Assembly (NCBI GenBank): GCA_040753155.1
Contig: JBFMEU010000002.1
Coordinates: 5,633-69,632 of the forward strand
Reading direction: 5' to 3'
Length of the DNA stretch: 64,000 nt
DNA from: Bacillota bacterium
GTDB taxonomy: Bacteria; Bacillota; Desulfotomaculia; Desulfotomaculales; JBFMEU01
The notes under the pieces are model-generated. The model saw only the letters and a program-made list of their open reading frames with translations. It made no database searches and was not told the origin of the DNA. Below are positions 9,059 through 18,171 of the stretch, piece after piece. The position numbers were made by a program, and so were the translations under genes. The stretch's first letter is position 1. Each line of letters opens with the position of its first letter.

Positions 9059-9277
9059 TTGAATAATCACGTCAAAGACCTCAGGGGCAAGTTCAGCTTA
9101 ACCCAGGAGCAGCTGGCCGCCAGGTTGGGGGTGTCGCGCCAGACGATCATTTCGATAGAGTCGGGGAAATACAACCCGTCACTAATCCTGGCGTATAAGC
9201 TGGCCAGAATCTTTCAATGCACAATCGAAGATGTATTTGATTTTTCCGGTATAGAGGAGGATTTTGCAGATGAATAA
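9059..9277 (+). CDS. XRE-family HTH transcriptional regulator (YozG-like)
   Basis: FSLTQEQLAARLGVSRQTIISIESGKYNPSL. SD gggaggtgg precedes TTG 9059; ATG 9041 is an alternative. Upstream inverted repeats ctttacat/atgtaaag are a possible operator. Confidence 0.8.
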   Translation: MNNHVKDLRGKFSLTQEQLAARLGVSRQTIISIESGKYNPSLILAYKLARIFQCTIEDVFDFSGIEEDFADE

Positions 9278-9659
9278 AACCTTTCTTAAAGAAATGATTT
9301 GGACCAACTATCTGGTTATCGGTGGCTTTGCTGCCATGCTGGTGGCCGCCAATTTGTATTATGGCTCCTCTCCGGAGACCTGGCTGCGAACCATGCCCAT
9401 AGCATTGATTCTAATCCCGGCCTTGATAATCAAGTTATGGCGCATTAAGAAAAGAAGCAAGGACCTGGATGAGCGGATTGAGTATATTACCCGCCGCGCC
9501 TTATCCGTGGGATTTTACTTCTTACTGGCGGTGATACTCTGGTACTACACCAAGGAAATGGCACTATACGGTGAAATATCCACCCGAACTTATGTCGAGC
9601 TATTTGCCGGTTTAATTGGGTATGTAGGGAGTCTGTTTATTTTTCGCAGAATTTATTGA
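9264..9659 (+). CDS. Small membrane protein, overlapping partner of the HTH regulator
   Basis: 131 aa, about 4 TM segments, 14-nt overlap with the upstream gene. Confidence 0.6.
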   Translation: MQMNKTFLKEMIWTNYLVIGGFAAMLVAANLYYGSSPETWLRTMPIALILIPALIIKLWRIKKRSKDLDERIEYITRRALSVGFYFLLAVILWYYTKEMALYGEISTRTYVELFAGLIGYVGSLFIFRRIY

Positions 9660-9692
9660 GCCTGAACTGGTAGTATTTAGTCCTGACAGGCC

Positions 9693-10250
9693 TTAACCCC
9701 CCGGATACTGTTCGTCCGGTTCGTCGTGCAGGTAAAAGCTGGCCTCCAGACTTCTTTGGTCCAGGTTGTAAATGTTATGTATGATGGTTCACCATGGCAG
9801 GGGAATGGGCAGGGGTTCTGTGAAAGAGCCGGCGTCCAAAAAGACCCGGGTGTTGGTTTCCCTGATGAACCGTGAAGTAAAACTTCTCTGGTTATGATTA
9901 ATTAAATCACTCAGGGTCCGGTACCGGTTATAAAAGCAGCCCTTGTCCGCACTGACCCGGGGGATGTCAGCACTGCACTGATAGCGGTGCAGTAAGAAGT
10001 TGGTTACCACCAGTGGTGAATCATTACCTTCAATGATATACTCCCTGTTGTGGGCGTGGGAATACTCCCAGACAAAGGAGTACCCGTGGCGGTCGGCCAC
10101 CAGCAGGTGCACCGGGGCCAGGGCATAGAAGTGTTTGTGTCCATTCCATAGGCAGCGGCAATCCCCTGCATACGCTGGTGGCAAATGGGGTAGTTTCTTT
10201 CCAGTTCAGGAATTGCCTTTGTTTAAGCAAAGGAACTTTTCTATTGTTTA
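9693..10250 (-). pseudogene. Decayed Ntn-hydrolase gene (C45 / linear amide C-N hydrolase-like)
   Basis: APVHLLVADRHGYSFVWEYS... is a C-terminal-half motif only. The upstream part is frameshifted (RMQGIAAAYGMD in another frame). An in-frame TGA at 9789-9791 is followed by 31 more in-frame codons. Confidence 0.45.
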
Positions 10251-10277
10251 CATGGCCTGCCCCGGGGACATACTACG

Positions 10278-10814
10278 TTGGAAAAAAGCGAGGGAGGTTG
10301 TGCCGTGGGGCACGGAGATAAACAGCTTCAGGACCGGGTGCAGTCGCTTTTGGATAATAATCAGGAGCTCAAGGTTTACGGCATCAAGGCCAGGGTTAAC
10401 AACGGCCATGTTGATTTGAGCGGTGTGGTGGACACCCTTTCTGAAAAGCAGCGGCTGCGGGAGCTGGTTAAAGGTGTATCCGGGGTAAAGGAAGTGGATG
10501 TGGGGGTAGCCATCAGCACCGATGGCGCCATCGACGATGAAGACGTTAGCTTTGAGGTGGCCGAGGAGTTCAATGCCGACCCGAGGATCAACCTGCGGCA
10601 TGTGGGGGCCAGGTCCGTGGACGGGGTGGTTATTCTGCAGGGCACGGTGGAGGACCCAGCCGAAGATGAGGCGGCCATCAGGGCGGCGGCCCGGGCCAGA
10701 GGGGTTAAGGACGTGGTGTCCAGGATCCAGGTTAAAAGAAAGGACCTGGCCGACGCCGGCCTGGACACCATATTCCACAGCCAGGTAAGAAATGACGGCG
10801 AGGCTGATTATTAG
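10278..10814 (+). CDS. BON-domain protein (two BON repeats)
   Basis: GIKARVNNGHVDLSGVVDTLSEKQRLRELVKGVSGVKEV plus a second repeat VDGVVILQGTVEDPAEDEAAIRAAARARGVKDV. The more likely start is GTG 10305 after SD gagggagg. Confidence 0.8.
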   Translation: MEKSEGGCAVGHGDKQLQDRVQSLLDNNQELKVYGIKARVNNGHVDLSGVVDTLSEKQRLRELVKGVSGVKEVDVGVAISTDGAIDDEDVSFEVAEEFNADPRINLRHVGARSVDGVVILQGTVEDPAEDEAAIRAAARARGVKDVVSRIQVKRKDLADAGLDTIFHSQVRNDGEADY

Positions 10815-10849
10815 ACAAAGCATTAAAAATTCCGGATTGCTGTCCGGGT

Positions 10850-10911
10850 GAGTCAATGGGGACGGTTCCGGGTGACTCACGAGAGTCACCCGGAACCGTC
10901 CCCATTGACTC
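10850..10911. repeat. D palindrome D1
   Basis: gagtcaatggggacggttccgggtgactc-acgag-agtcacccggaaccgtccccattgactc. Confidence 0.9.
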
Positions 10912-10925
10912 AAAGGCTTACGTTT

Positions 10926-11169
10926 TCAATTTTGATACTTGCTCCAAAACCTCGGCCCAGGTATTGGGCTCCACCATGCGCAGGCGCCTGTCCCTGATCC
11001 GGTAATCCACCCCCGGAATAGCTTTTTTATACAGTACGCCGGGGCCGTTACCTTTACCAGACGGTACAGCCCCAGGACATTGCGGGGCCCCAGATTGCTG
11101 TCCACCTCGGAGGAATAAATCCAGATCAGCCGGGGCAGTTTGACGACGGTGGAGGGGGTGAGCAAGTTA
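10926..11169 (-). pseudogene. Truncated, frameshifted duplicate of the 3' end of the LCP-like gene at 13106-13879
   Basis: Roughly 85-90% nucleotide identity, by eye, to 13106-13345. The similarity stops exactly at the A2 junction (gagcaagtt|agccc). Confidence 0.8.
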
Positions 11170-11285
11170 GCCCTTTGAAACCCGCATCTGTAGGCGGCGG
11201 GTTTCAAAGGGCGGTTAAGTCCAGTATGGACTCGGCTAACATTCAGAGGGGGTTGAATCCCTCTCTGAATGAAGTCTCGTTCAAC
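11170..11285 (+). mobile_element. A element copy A2 (5'-truncated)
   Basis: ...gggcggttaagtccagtatggactcggctaacattcagagggggttgaatccctctctgaatgaagtctcgttcaac, directly followed by H-element sequence catggcgtttccgaag. Confidence 0.8.
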
Positions 11286-11345
11286 CATGGCGTTTCCGAA
11301 GTATGAGATATACGGTCCATTCTGACTCCTGACTCCTGAGTACCT
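11286..11345 (+). repeat. H element fragment H4
   Basis: catggcgtttccgaagtatgagatatacggtccattctgactcctgactcctgagtacc. Confidence 0.8.
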
Positions 11346-11443
11346 TCTGCGCGGAGTACTGGAGTGAGCGGTGATAACGCAGTGCCATAACACCGGTTTC
11401 ACTGAATGTATACTAAATATAAATATTGTGAAGGAATCTGAAG

Positions 11444-11938
11444 ATGTTATTTGAACAAATAACTCAATTTATAGATAAGTACAATTTGCCCTGGTTACTG
11501 CTGGCAATCATTTCCTGGATGGTCATTGTGTCAGTATTTTCCAAAAGGCATTTTTGGCATGCGCTTCCTGTGGGATTTTGGACAATGACAATCGGTACGA
11601 TGCTTGAGCTATTTTTTATAGAGCACAGATTTTGGACTGATAAGTATGTAATGGTGCACATTGGTGAAATAGATCTGTTTGTTATTATCGGGCCGTTCTT
11701 TGTGATAGGTTTGCTTTTAGTAAGGTTCTTACCTGCGAATGGAATTGGCAAATTGCTTGCTGTCTTAGCCTGGTCAGGATTTGCCACAGGAATGGAGTAC
11801 ATTGCCATAAAGATGGGGTTCTTAGATTATCAACCTGGTAAATGGCAGGCTTTATACTCATTATTGGCATATTTTATTTCATTAATGAGCGCTTTGGGCT
11901 TCTATTATGCTTATTATAACAAATCGCCCAGATTATAG
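11444..11938 (+). CDS. AT-rich polytopic membrane protein (possibly CBO0543-like), function unknown
   Basis: 164 aa, 4-5 TM segments. GC content is much lower than its surroundings. Confidence 0.5.
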   Translation: MLFEQITQFIDKYNLPWLLLAIISWMVIVSVFSKRHFWHALPVGFWTMTIGTMLELFFIEHRFWTDKYVMVHIGEIDLFVIIGPFFVIGLLLVRFLPANGIGKLLAVLAWSGFATGMEYIAIKMGFLDYQPGKWQALYSLLAYFISLMSALGFYYAYYNKSPRL

Positions 11939-12006
11939 GTGATGCATAATGGTGGGCCATGGCAGTGATATACCCCTGCGCAAATATTCCTGGTTGCCAT
12001 CCTGCT

Positions 12007-12111
12007 GTTTACATGGACAGTCCCGCATACTACGTTGGAAAAAAGTGAGGAAGGTTGTGCCGTGGGGCACGGGATAAGGAATTGCAGGGCATGGTGGAGG
12101 ACCCTGCCGAA
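12007..12111 (+). pseudogene. Remnant of a second copy of the BON gene 5' region (internally deleted)
   Basis: gtttacatgg...tactacgttggaaaaaag.gagg.aggttgtgccgtggggcacgg matches 10247-10315. gcagggca.ggtggaggaccc.gccgaa matches 10638-10665. Confidence 0.7.
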
Positions 12112-12207
12112 TCTGAAAATAGAATTTCGCACCTGATTATATTGACTTAATTGAACATAATTCATATACTATAAGTGAACATACCACAAACGACAGGAGT
12201 GAACGAT

Positions 12208-12441
12208 ATGCGTGTTTCAGCCACCGAACTTAAGATGAACATGGGCAAGTACATAGAACGCGCCGCCATCGAAGATATCATTATCACCAAAAATGGAAGG
12301 GACGTCGCGCTCCTCACCAATGTCGAAAGCAAAAAGAAAGACGCGCTTAAATCCCTGCGCGGCATCATAAAGGGCGCTGATATCACCCGCGATGAAATCC
12401 GTGAAGTTAGGCTGGGTAGGTACAATGAAAATCCTAATTGA
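12208..12441 (+). CDS. Type II antitoxin (Phd/YefM-like or VapB-like)
   Basis: MRVSATELKMNMGKYIERAAIEDIIITKNGRDVALL; SD acaggag. It overlaps the PIN gene by 17 nt. Confidence 0.75.
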   Translation: MRVSATELKMNMGKYIERAAIEDIIITKNGRDVALLTNVESKKKDALKSLRGIIKGADITRDEIREVRLGRYNENPN

Positions 12442-12835
12442 CACTAATGTAATCATTGATTACCTTGCCGACCGGACGCCCTTCGCGGACCATTCTGAAC
12501 GGGTGTTGGCGCTCTGCGAGAACGGCAAGGTCACCGGTTTGGTAACCGCCAACGCTATAACCGATATCTACTATGTGCTGCGCAAAGTGGTCGGAAGAGA
12601 GAAAGCGCTGGAGGCGATTCGCACGCTTTGTTCCATCCTGGATATCACGGATGTGGTGAAAGCTGATATCCTAAACGCGAGGGAACTAGATATGCACGAC
12701 TATGAGGATGCACTGGCCGCACAGTGCGCAAAGCGGATCAAGGCTGAATATATTGTGACGCGCAACAGCTCCGACTATGCTAACTCCCCGGTTCCCGCAA
12801 TAGAACCATTCGCCTTTCTCACGCAGTTCCAATGA
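12425..12835 (+). CDS. vapC: PIN-domain toxin VapC
   Basis: MKILIDTNVIIDYL...; the acidic residues have PIN-like spacing. Followed by hairpin acgccgcc-gtaa-ggcggt-tttc. Confidence 0.85.
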   Translation: MKILIDTNVIIDYLADRTPFADHSERVLALCENGKVTGLVTANAITDIYYVLRKVVGREKALEAIRTLCSILDITDVVKADILNARELDMHDYEDALAAQCAKRIKAEYIVTRNSSDYANSPVPAIEPFAFLTQFQ

Positions 12836-12862
12836 TCGAAACGCCGCCGTAAGGCGGTTTTC

Positions 12863-12997
12863 TTTATCACTGAACTAATCCGCCCTAAGACCCCCGCCTC
12901 TGTAGGCGGCGGGTTTCAAAGGGCGGTTAAGTCCAGTATGGACTCGGCTAACATTCAGAGGGGGTTGAATCCCCCTCTGAATGAAGTCTCGTTCAAC
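12863..12997 (+). mobile_element. A element copy A3 (full length)
   Basis: TTTATC-actgaactaatccgccctaagaccc...ggcggttaagtccagtatggactcggctaacATTCAGAGGGGGttgaatCCCCCTCTGAATgaagtctcGTTCAAC. Confidence 0.85.
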
Positions 12998-13105
12998 CCC
13001 AGCGCCCGTCTTCACGCGCGGTAATCTCGGAATGACAAGAAGTACACAAAGCCCTGAGATTGTCGTCATCGTTCGTGCCGCCTGGCGTCTTCCTTTTAAT
13101 ATATA

Positions 13106-13879
13106 TTACGTTTTAAAATCTGACACCTGCTCCAAAACCTTGGTCCAGGTATGGGGCTCCACCACCCGCAGGCGTCTGTCCCTGATCTGGTAGTCCACCC
13201 CCGGGATGGCCTTTTTATACAGTACGCCGGGACCGTTTACCTTTACCAGGCGGTATAGCCCCAGGACATGGCGGGGCCCCAGGTTGCTGTCCACCTCGGT
13301 GGAGTAGATCCAGATCAGCTGGGGCAGTTTGACCACGGTGGAGGGGGTGAGCAAGTTGGCCGCCAGACCCCGGATCTCTGCCTGCAGGCTGTTGGGGCGG
13401 TCGTCGTAATTGCCCTCAAACACGTCCAGCAGGGTGGTCTCATTCTCGCCTATGTCAATGGCCCCCACCACTTCACTCATGTGGCTGAGGGTAGACTGGT
13501 CAATTATCACGTAATACTGGATGGGCTGCCGGAACATCTGCTCCAGCCTGGAGGTCAGCTCTGTTCGCCCCTGCCTGTAATAGGTATCGGCCACGGTAAC
13601 CTCAGCCTGCGGTGTGTCCAGGCAGATAAACAGGGGGATGGACACGATGCCCACCGGCCGGTCCCGGGAGAAGCTCAGCAGGGTTACTGCCTTCAGGTCT
13701 TGCTCATCCGTCCAGAACAGCAGCAGGTTGCCCGCAGTTGATACGGCCGGCGCCGGCAGTTGGTATTCAGGATAAACCGGGCCTGCGGCCCGGGCCGGGT
13801 GAGGGCTAACCAGAAGGAGGACCAGGCAGCAGGTAAGTACTGAGATTGCCGGTCTCACGACGCCACATCCTTTCCACAT
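13106..13879 (-). CDS. Secreted LytR-CpsA-Psr (LCP)-like protein, divergent
   Basis: N-terminal signal/TM segment. LLLFWTDEQD..AVTLLSFSRDRPVGIVSIPLFICLD...QYYVIIDQSTLSHMSEVVGAIDI parallels the LCP core layout. Confidence 0.5.
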   Translation of the reverse strand: MWKGCGVVRPAISVLTCCLVLLLVSPHPARAAGPVYPEYQLPAPAVSTAGNLLLFWTDEQDLKAVTLLSFSRDRPVGIVSIPLFICLDTPQAEVTVADTYYRQGRTELTSRLEQMFRQPIQYYVIIDQSTLSHMSEVVGAIDIGENETTLLDVFEGNYDDRPNSLQAEIRGLAANLLTPSTVVKLPQLIWIYSTEVDSNLGPRHVLGLYRLVKVNGPGVLYKKAIPGVDYQIRDRRLRVVEPHTWTKVLEQVSDFKT

Positions 13880-14083
13880 TACCGAAATTTAGGATACTTC
13901 TCTGGCATAAGTTTTATACATGGGCCAGGGCCAGCATCCCTGCTCATCGCTGGAAGAGGTTAAGAGTCAGACCGGCTGGGACCTTGAGATAAGCGTAAAT
14001 ACCCCCTTCACGGACCCGCCCGCCAAAGAGGAGTTGGGCGCCCTCAAAGAAATAGACCCCAAAGGGGTCTGAGTCATAGAATT

Positions 14084-14293
14084 TTAGTAATAGAACTCTG
14101 TTGGCGGATTCTGACAGTAGGACTTGACGCAGTTGCCCCGGGAGGCCCTGAACAAATCCTTGAACAGACGGTTGAACTCCTCGGTGGGCAGGCAATTGTA
14201 GCCGTTGGCATTGCTAATCCCGCCGTTAACCAGAAGGTTAAAGAAGATGTGATGGCGGGTTTGTTTGACGATCACCAGCTGGTATTTATTCAT
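14084..14293 (-). CDS. Hypothetical small protein (69 aa)
   Basis: ATG 14293 is preceded by SD ggaggg. No recognisable family. Adjacent protein-like ORF 13944-14195 is in another frame, so a frameshifted longer gene is possible. Confidence 0.3.
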   Translation of the reverse strand: MNKYQLVIVKQTRHHIFFNLLVNGGISNANGYNCLPTEEFNRLFKDLFRASRGNCVKSYCQNPPTEFYY

Positions 14294-14384
14294 TGACCTA
14301 CCCTCCGTATTTTTCAATATACAACGAGCAGTTGTTGTCTTGCAAGACCGGTTAAAGTACTTTTTTGTGCTTTCAAAAAACATC

Positions 14385-14414
14385 TTGACAGCAAGAGTGG
14401 CCCGACGCTATACT
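14385..14414 (+). promoter_or_regulatory. Sigma-A type promoter upstream of hisG
   Basis: TTGACA (14385-14390), 18-nt spacer, TATACT (14409-14414). Confidence 0.5.
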
Positions 14415-14477
14415 TGAACAGGAAGTACTTTAATATGCTAAATAGATAACGGAATAAAGTATCGGGGGTAAAAGGAT

Positions 14478-15347
14478 ATGAAGTTGCGTTTGGGACTGCC
14501 CAAGGGAAGCCTTCAGGAGGCCACTTTTCAACTGTTCAAGCGGGCCGGATTCAACATCTCCGTGCGCAGCCGCTCCTACTTTCCGTCAGTTGACGATCCG
14601 GGTCTGGAAATCGTGCTGATGCGGGCCCAGGAGATTCCCCGCTATGTTAATGAAGGAGTTTTGGATGCGGGGATCAGCGGGCTGGACTGGATTCTGGAAA
14701 ATGATGCTGATGTGGTGGAAGTGGCAGATCTGGCCTATTCCAAGCAGACCACCAACCCGATACGCCTGGTGATCGCCGTGGCCAATGACAGTGAGATTAA
14801 AAATGTCGGGGACCTGCAGGGGAAGCGGATTGCCACCGAGCTGGTCAAGGTCACTCAGAAATACCTGGAGCGGCACGGGGTAAAGGCCAATGTCGAGTAC
14901 TCCTACGGGGCGACCGAAGTCAAGGTGCCGCACCTGGTGGATGCCATCGCCGACCTTACCGAAACCGGAAGCTCACTGCGGGCCAACAAGCTAAGGGTTA
15001 TTGCCACCATTTTGGAGTCCACCACCAGGCTGCACGCCAACCACCAGTCCTGGGAAGATCTCTGGAAGCGGGAAAAGCTGCAAAACCTGGCCGTTTTACT
15101 GCAGGGGGCACTGCGGGCCGACTCCAAGGCGGGCCTTAAAATGAACGTTCCCGGCGACCGGCTGGACGAGGTGCTGGCCATTTTGCCGGCTATGAAACAC
15201 CCTACGGTGTCCAAGCTGATTAACAGTGACTGGGTGGCGGTGGAGGCCGTCCTGGATGAAAAGCAGGCCCGGGAACTGATTCCGGTCTTGCTGCGCACCG
15301 GCGCCCAGGACATCATCGAGTACCCGTTGAACAAAGTAATACCGTAA
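14478..15347 (+). CDS. hisG: ATP phosphoribosyltransferase (long form)
   Basis: MKLRLGLPKGSLQEATFQLFKRAGF...; 289 aa with the C-terminal regulatory domain. Confidence 0.92.
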   Translation: MKLRLGLPKGSLQEATFQLFKRAGFNISVRSRSYFPSVDDPGLEIVLMRAQEIPRYVNEGVLDAGISGLDWILENDADVVEVADLAYSKQTTNPIRLVIAVANDSEIKNVGDLQGKRIATELVKVTQKYLERHGVKANVEYSYGATEVKVPHLVDAIADLTETGSSLRANKLRVIATILESTTRLHANHQSWEDLWKREKLQNLAVLLQGALRADSKAGLKMNVPGDRLDEVLAILPAMKHPTVSKLINSDWVAVEAVLDEKQARELIPVLLRTGAQDIIEYPLNKVIP

Positions 15348-15525
15348 ACCTTTACTAAGCCTTCGACCTTTCCGGTGAAGGTTTATTTTTTTTCTGTTTG
15401 CCGGCAAAGGGGTGTCAGTGGGGTTTGTTCACTGGCAGGCCCCCTGGCAAAAGTTGGCTGGCCGGAGGGGACACGGTTTTTCATAAAAAACAACGGGTGA
15501 GCAAGAATACAATTATGGTGGCAAG

Positions 15526-16239
15526 ATGGATCAAACAGAGGGGGAGCTTGGATTAATGATACCCTTGCGTGATAGTGTCCGCTCCGGGCGGCGGCCCTAT
15601 GTGAACATCAGTTTGGTTCTGATCAATATTTTTGTTTTTATTCAGCAGCTGGCCATTGAGCCGTACCAGTTAAATCAGATTTACTATACCTACGGGGTGA
15701 TCCCCGCCGAGGCGCTCAATGTTTTTTTTGCCGGCGGCCCAAGTTTACCCTTGGCAATTTCTTTCATAACCGCGACTTTCATCCACGGGGGTTGGTTTCA
15801 TTTGATTGGCAACATGCTGTTCCTGTGGATCTTTGGTGACAATATTGAGGACCGCCTGGGCAGGGCCAGGTATTTGCTGTTCTATCTGACGGTGGGGGTG
15901 GCCGGCGGGGTGGCCCACGTGCTGACCAATCCCGCCTCGACCATTCCGGTGATCGGGGCCAGCGGCGCTGTGGCCGGAGTTCTGGGGGCCTACCTGATCA
16001 CTTTTCCCCGCTCCCGCATCCTGGCCCTGGTGCCGGTGTTGTTTTTCATTACGGTCGTAGAGGTGCCGGCGGTAATCTTTATCGCAGTGTGGTTTGCCAT
16101 CCAGATCTTCAACGGTGTTGCCTTCCTGGGCGGCACCGCCAACGCCGTGGCCTGGTGGGCGCACATCGGGGGGTTTCTGGCCGGCCTGGCGCTGATCAAG
16201 CTGATGGCCCGGCGGGGCGCAGTATTCGCGCGCCCGTAG
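15526..16239 (+). CDS. Rhomboid-family intramembrane serine protease
   Basis: GASGAVAGVLGAYL (catalytic Ser) and WAHIGGFLAG (catalytic His); 6 TM segments. The start may be ATG 15556 (MIPLRD). Confidence 0.85.
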   Translation: MDQTEGELGLMIPLRDSVRSGRRPYVNISLVLINIFVFIQQLAIEPYQLNQIYYTYGVIPAEALNVFFAGGPSLPLAISFITATFIHGGWFHLIGNMLFLWIFGDNIEDRLGRARYLLFYLTVGVAGGVAHVLTNPASTIPVIGASGAVAGVLGAYLITFPRSRILALVPVLFFITVVEVPAVIFIAVWFAIQIFNGVAFLGGTANAVAWWAHIGGFLAGLALIKLMARRGAVFARP

Positions 16240-16394
16240 CGTCCCCGGCCAGAATGTCGTTGCTGAAATCTTTATCTGAAAGGCCTTAAAACCAGGCGCC
16301 GGGTAAGGTATAATATCTATGAGGCGTTTTTTTGGGAGGCATTTTTTTGGCGCCCGGTGTAATAACATTATTTATAAAAAGGGGATGTGGGAGA

Positions 16395-16595
16395 TGGCCC
16401 GTCAAGTCAGGCGGCTTACCCGTTCCAGCTACAACAGAATGATTGCCGGAGTTTGCGGCGGGCTGGGCGAGTATTTTGGTTTGGACCCCACGGTGGTGCG
16501 GGTGGGCTATATAGTGTTTTCCGTACTTTCAGCGGCCTTTCCGGGCATTTTTGTTTACCTGCTGGCCTGGCTGATTGTACCCAGGGATGATTTCT

Positions 16596-16597
<2 letters not shown>
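16395..16597 (+). CDS. PspC-domain membrane protein
   Basis: RLTRSSYNRMIAGVCGGLGEYFGLDPTVVRVGYIVF. ATG 16395 follows gtgggag; the ORF track starts at 16319. Confidence 0.8.
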
Positions 16598-16832
<235 letters not shown>

Positions 16833-16843
16833 TAAAAAAAGGG

Positions 16844-16890
16844 AGAGGCTGCTATTCCCGCTTTGCGGAAAAGTTGCCTCTCCCTTTTTT
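16844..16890. terminator. E-family bidirectional terminator hairpin (E1)
   Basis: aaaaaaagggagaggctgctattcccgctttgcggaaaagttgcctctccctttttt. Confidence 0.75.
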
Positions 16891-16896
16891 AGTTGC

Positions 16897-17238
16897 TTAT
16901 GTTCCTGGTGAAAAGGTTGGGTTCTTAGCTTGGGCTTCCTTATCTTTTACGTGCAGCAGGGTTTCACATTGGGGGCACTGGTAGGTGCCAATGTGTCTGA
17001 CCACCCTGTTTTCATTGCCGCAGGCGGGGCAGCGCAGGTTGGTAACTTCGAAAACGGAGCCCTGAACCAGCAGGAAAAATCCAAAAATACCAGCAATAAG
17101 TCCAATGATCGGCGGCGGTACATTAAGTAGAGCGCCTACTCCCACCGTAAGCAGAATAGCTCCGGTGATAATTAGGATCCGGAATGCCTCCAGCATGATT
17201 TCCAAGCCCTTTGATTTGACCTCACCGGGACGTGCCAA
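16897..17238 (-). CDS. Membrane protein with C-terminal zinc-ribbon (CPAC...CPQC)
   Basis: Two TM segments, then RCPACGNENRVVRHIGTYQCPQCETLL. Confidence 0.55.
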   Translation of the reverse strand: MARPGEVKSKGLEIMLEAFRILIITGAILLTVGVGALLNVPPPIIGLIAGIFGFFLLVQGSVFEVTNLRCPACGNENRVVRHIGTYQCPQCETLLHVKDKEAQAKNPTFSPGT

Positions 17239-17358
17239 CAGTCCTTCCCCCTAACTTTTTTTGTTGATCTATTCGTTTGATTAGGGTGTAATTCCTGCCG
17301 GAATACAAACTGAGGGTAAAATTTCTCATTATTCCGCACCGCGGATTAAATAAGAGTT

Positions 17359-17751
17359 TCAGAGAAAGCCCCTTTTTTTGCGCCAGTAGTGTATATACTC
17401 CTCATAAAGGAGGCCTCCCGGCTTCCAGTCCCGCTCAGTTTGCGCCTCGGTTTTATAGGTTTCCGTCCACAAGCCGAACTCCGCTTGCACGGCCTCCCGT
17501 ACCTGCTGATCCTGCTCCTGGTTGGTATAAACACACAGCACCGAAAGTTTCCGGTACGGGCACGGGTCAACCCCGGGATCTTTGTTGACGAACTTGGCCA
17601 TGGGGAATTTACCTGCATCGGCCAGCTCTTTCAGCCTGTCCTGGATGGCTCTGAATGTTTGGGCCTCACCCTCGTAAATCCACTTGCCGGCGACATTCCG
17701 GTTGTAGTTTTGGCCGTAAATGTAAGTCCATATTTGTCCCCGCTTAATCAT
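17359..17751 (-). CDS. Hypothetical protein, possibly Bles03/DUF1917-like
   Basis: GKWIYEGE...LSVLCVYTNQEQDQQVREAV...TYKTEAQT resembles the GKW / vicVYT / YKxDxxT pattern of that family. This is from memory only. Confidence 0.4.
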   Translation of the reverse strand: MIKRGQIWTYIYGQNYNRNVAGKWIYEGEAQTFRAIQDRLKELADAGKFPMAKFVNKDPGVDPCPYRKLSVLCVYTNQEQDQQVREAVQAEFGLWTETYKTEAQTERDWKPGGLLYEEYIHYWRKKRGFL

Positions 17752-17869
17752 GCAAAAAAATCTCCCCCGGGGGTATTTTATCAGGTTATATGATAACTAT
17801 ATATTCATTCGACATAAAATCTGTTAACTCCTGCCGCAGATTTTAATGTATCCAGTAGGCCCCGGGAAA

Positions 17870-18169
17870 CTAGGTCAGCCGCAATAGCAGCAGGCCGCAG
17901 GCTGCGGTAAGCAGTATGTTCCAGGCCAGCAAGACCAAAATCCTGCTTTGTAATCCGGCCCGGTAGTTTTTTTCTTGCTGCAGGCTGCCGGTCAGCCGGC
18001 TTATTTCATCCCTTGCCCCGGCCAGGGCTGTTGACAGCCGCTGATCCAGCTGGCCGACTTTAGCGTCCAGGTCCTGCAGCCTGGCCTCGGCGGGATGCAC
18101 CAGTTTGCGGCGGATGGAATCGGCCAGGGATTTTATAACCTCGCTGTTTTGTTGTTCCGCCGGAACCAT
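17870..18169 (-). CDS. Coiled-coil protein with C-terminal TM anchor (paralog 3 of 3)
   Basis: SIRRKLVHPAEARLQDLDAKVGQLDQRL...; C-terminal ILVLLAWNILLTAACGLLLLRL. 2-nt gap to the upstream gene. Confidence 0.6.
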   Translation of the reverse strand: MVPAEQQNSEVIKSLADSIRRKLVHPAEARLQDLDAKVGQLDQRLSTALAGARDEISRLTGSLQQEKNYRAGLQSRILVLLAWNILLTAACGLLLLRLT

Positions 18170-18171
18170 AT

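Noticed and set aside
9789-9791. In-frame TGA followed by 31 in-frame codons in the Ntn-hydrolase-like gene, considered as a Sec (or Cys-recoded) codon given the nearby Sec-like tRNA
   Set aside because: The gene is otherwise clearly decayed: the N-terminal half is missing and there are frameshifts upstream. No SECIS-like hairpin is evident just downstream. A nonsense mutation (TGG to TGA after ...PLPW) is the simpler explanation.
13944-14195. 83-aa ORF overlapping the end of the 69-aa ORF (14084-14293), considered as one frameshifted gene
   Set aside because: No family is recognisable for either part, so a frameshift cannot be argued from sequence alone. Only the SD-preceded 69-codon ORF is listed, at low confidence.
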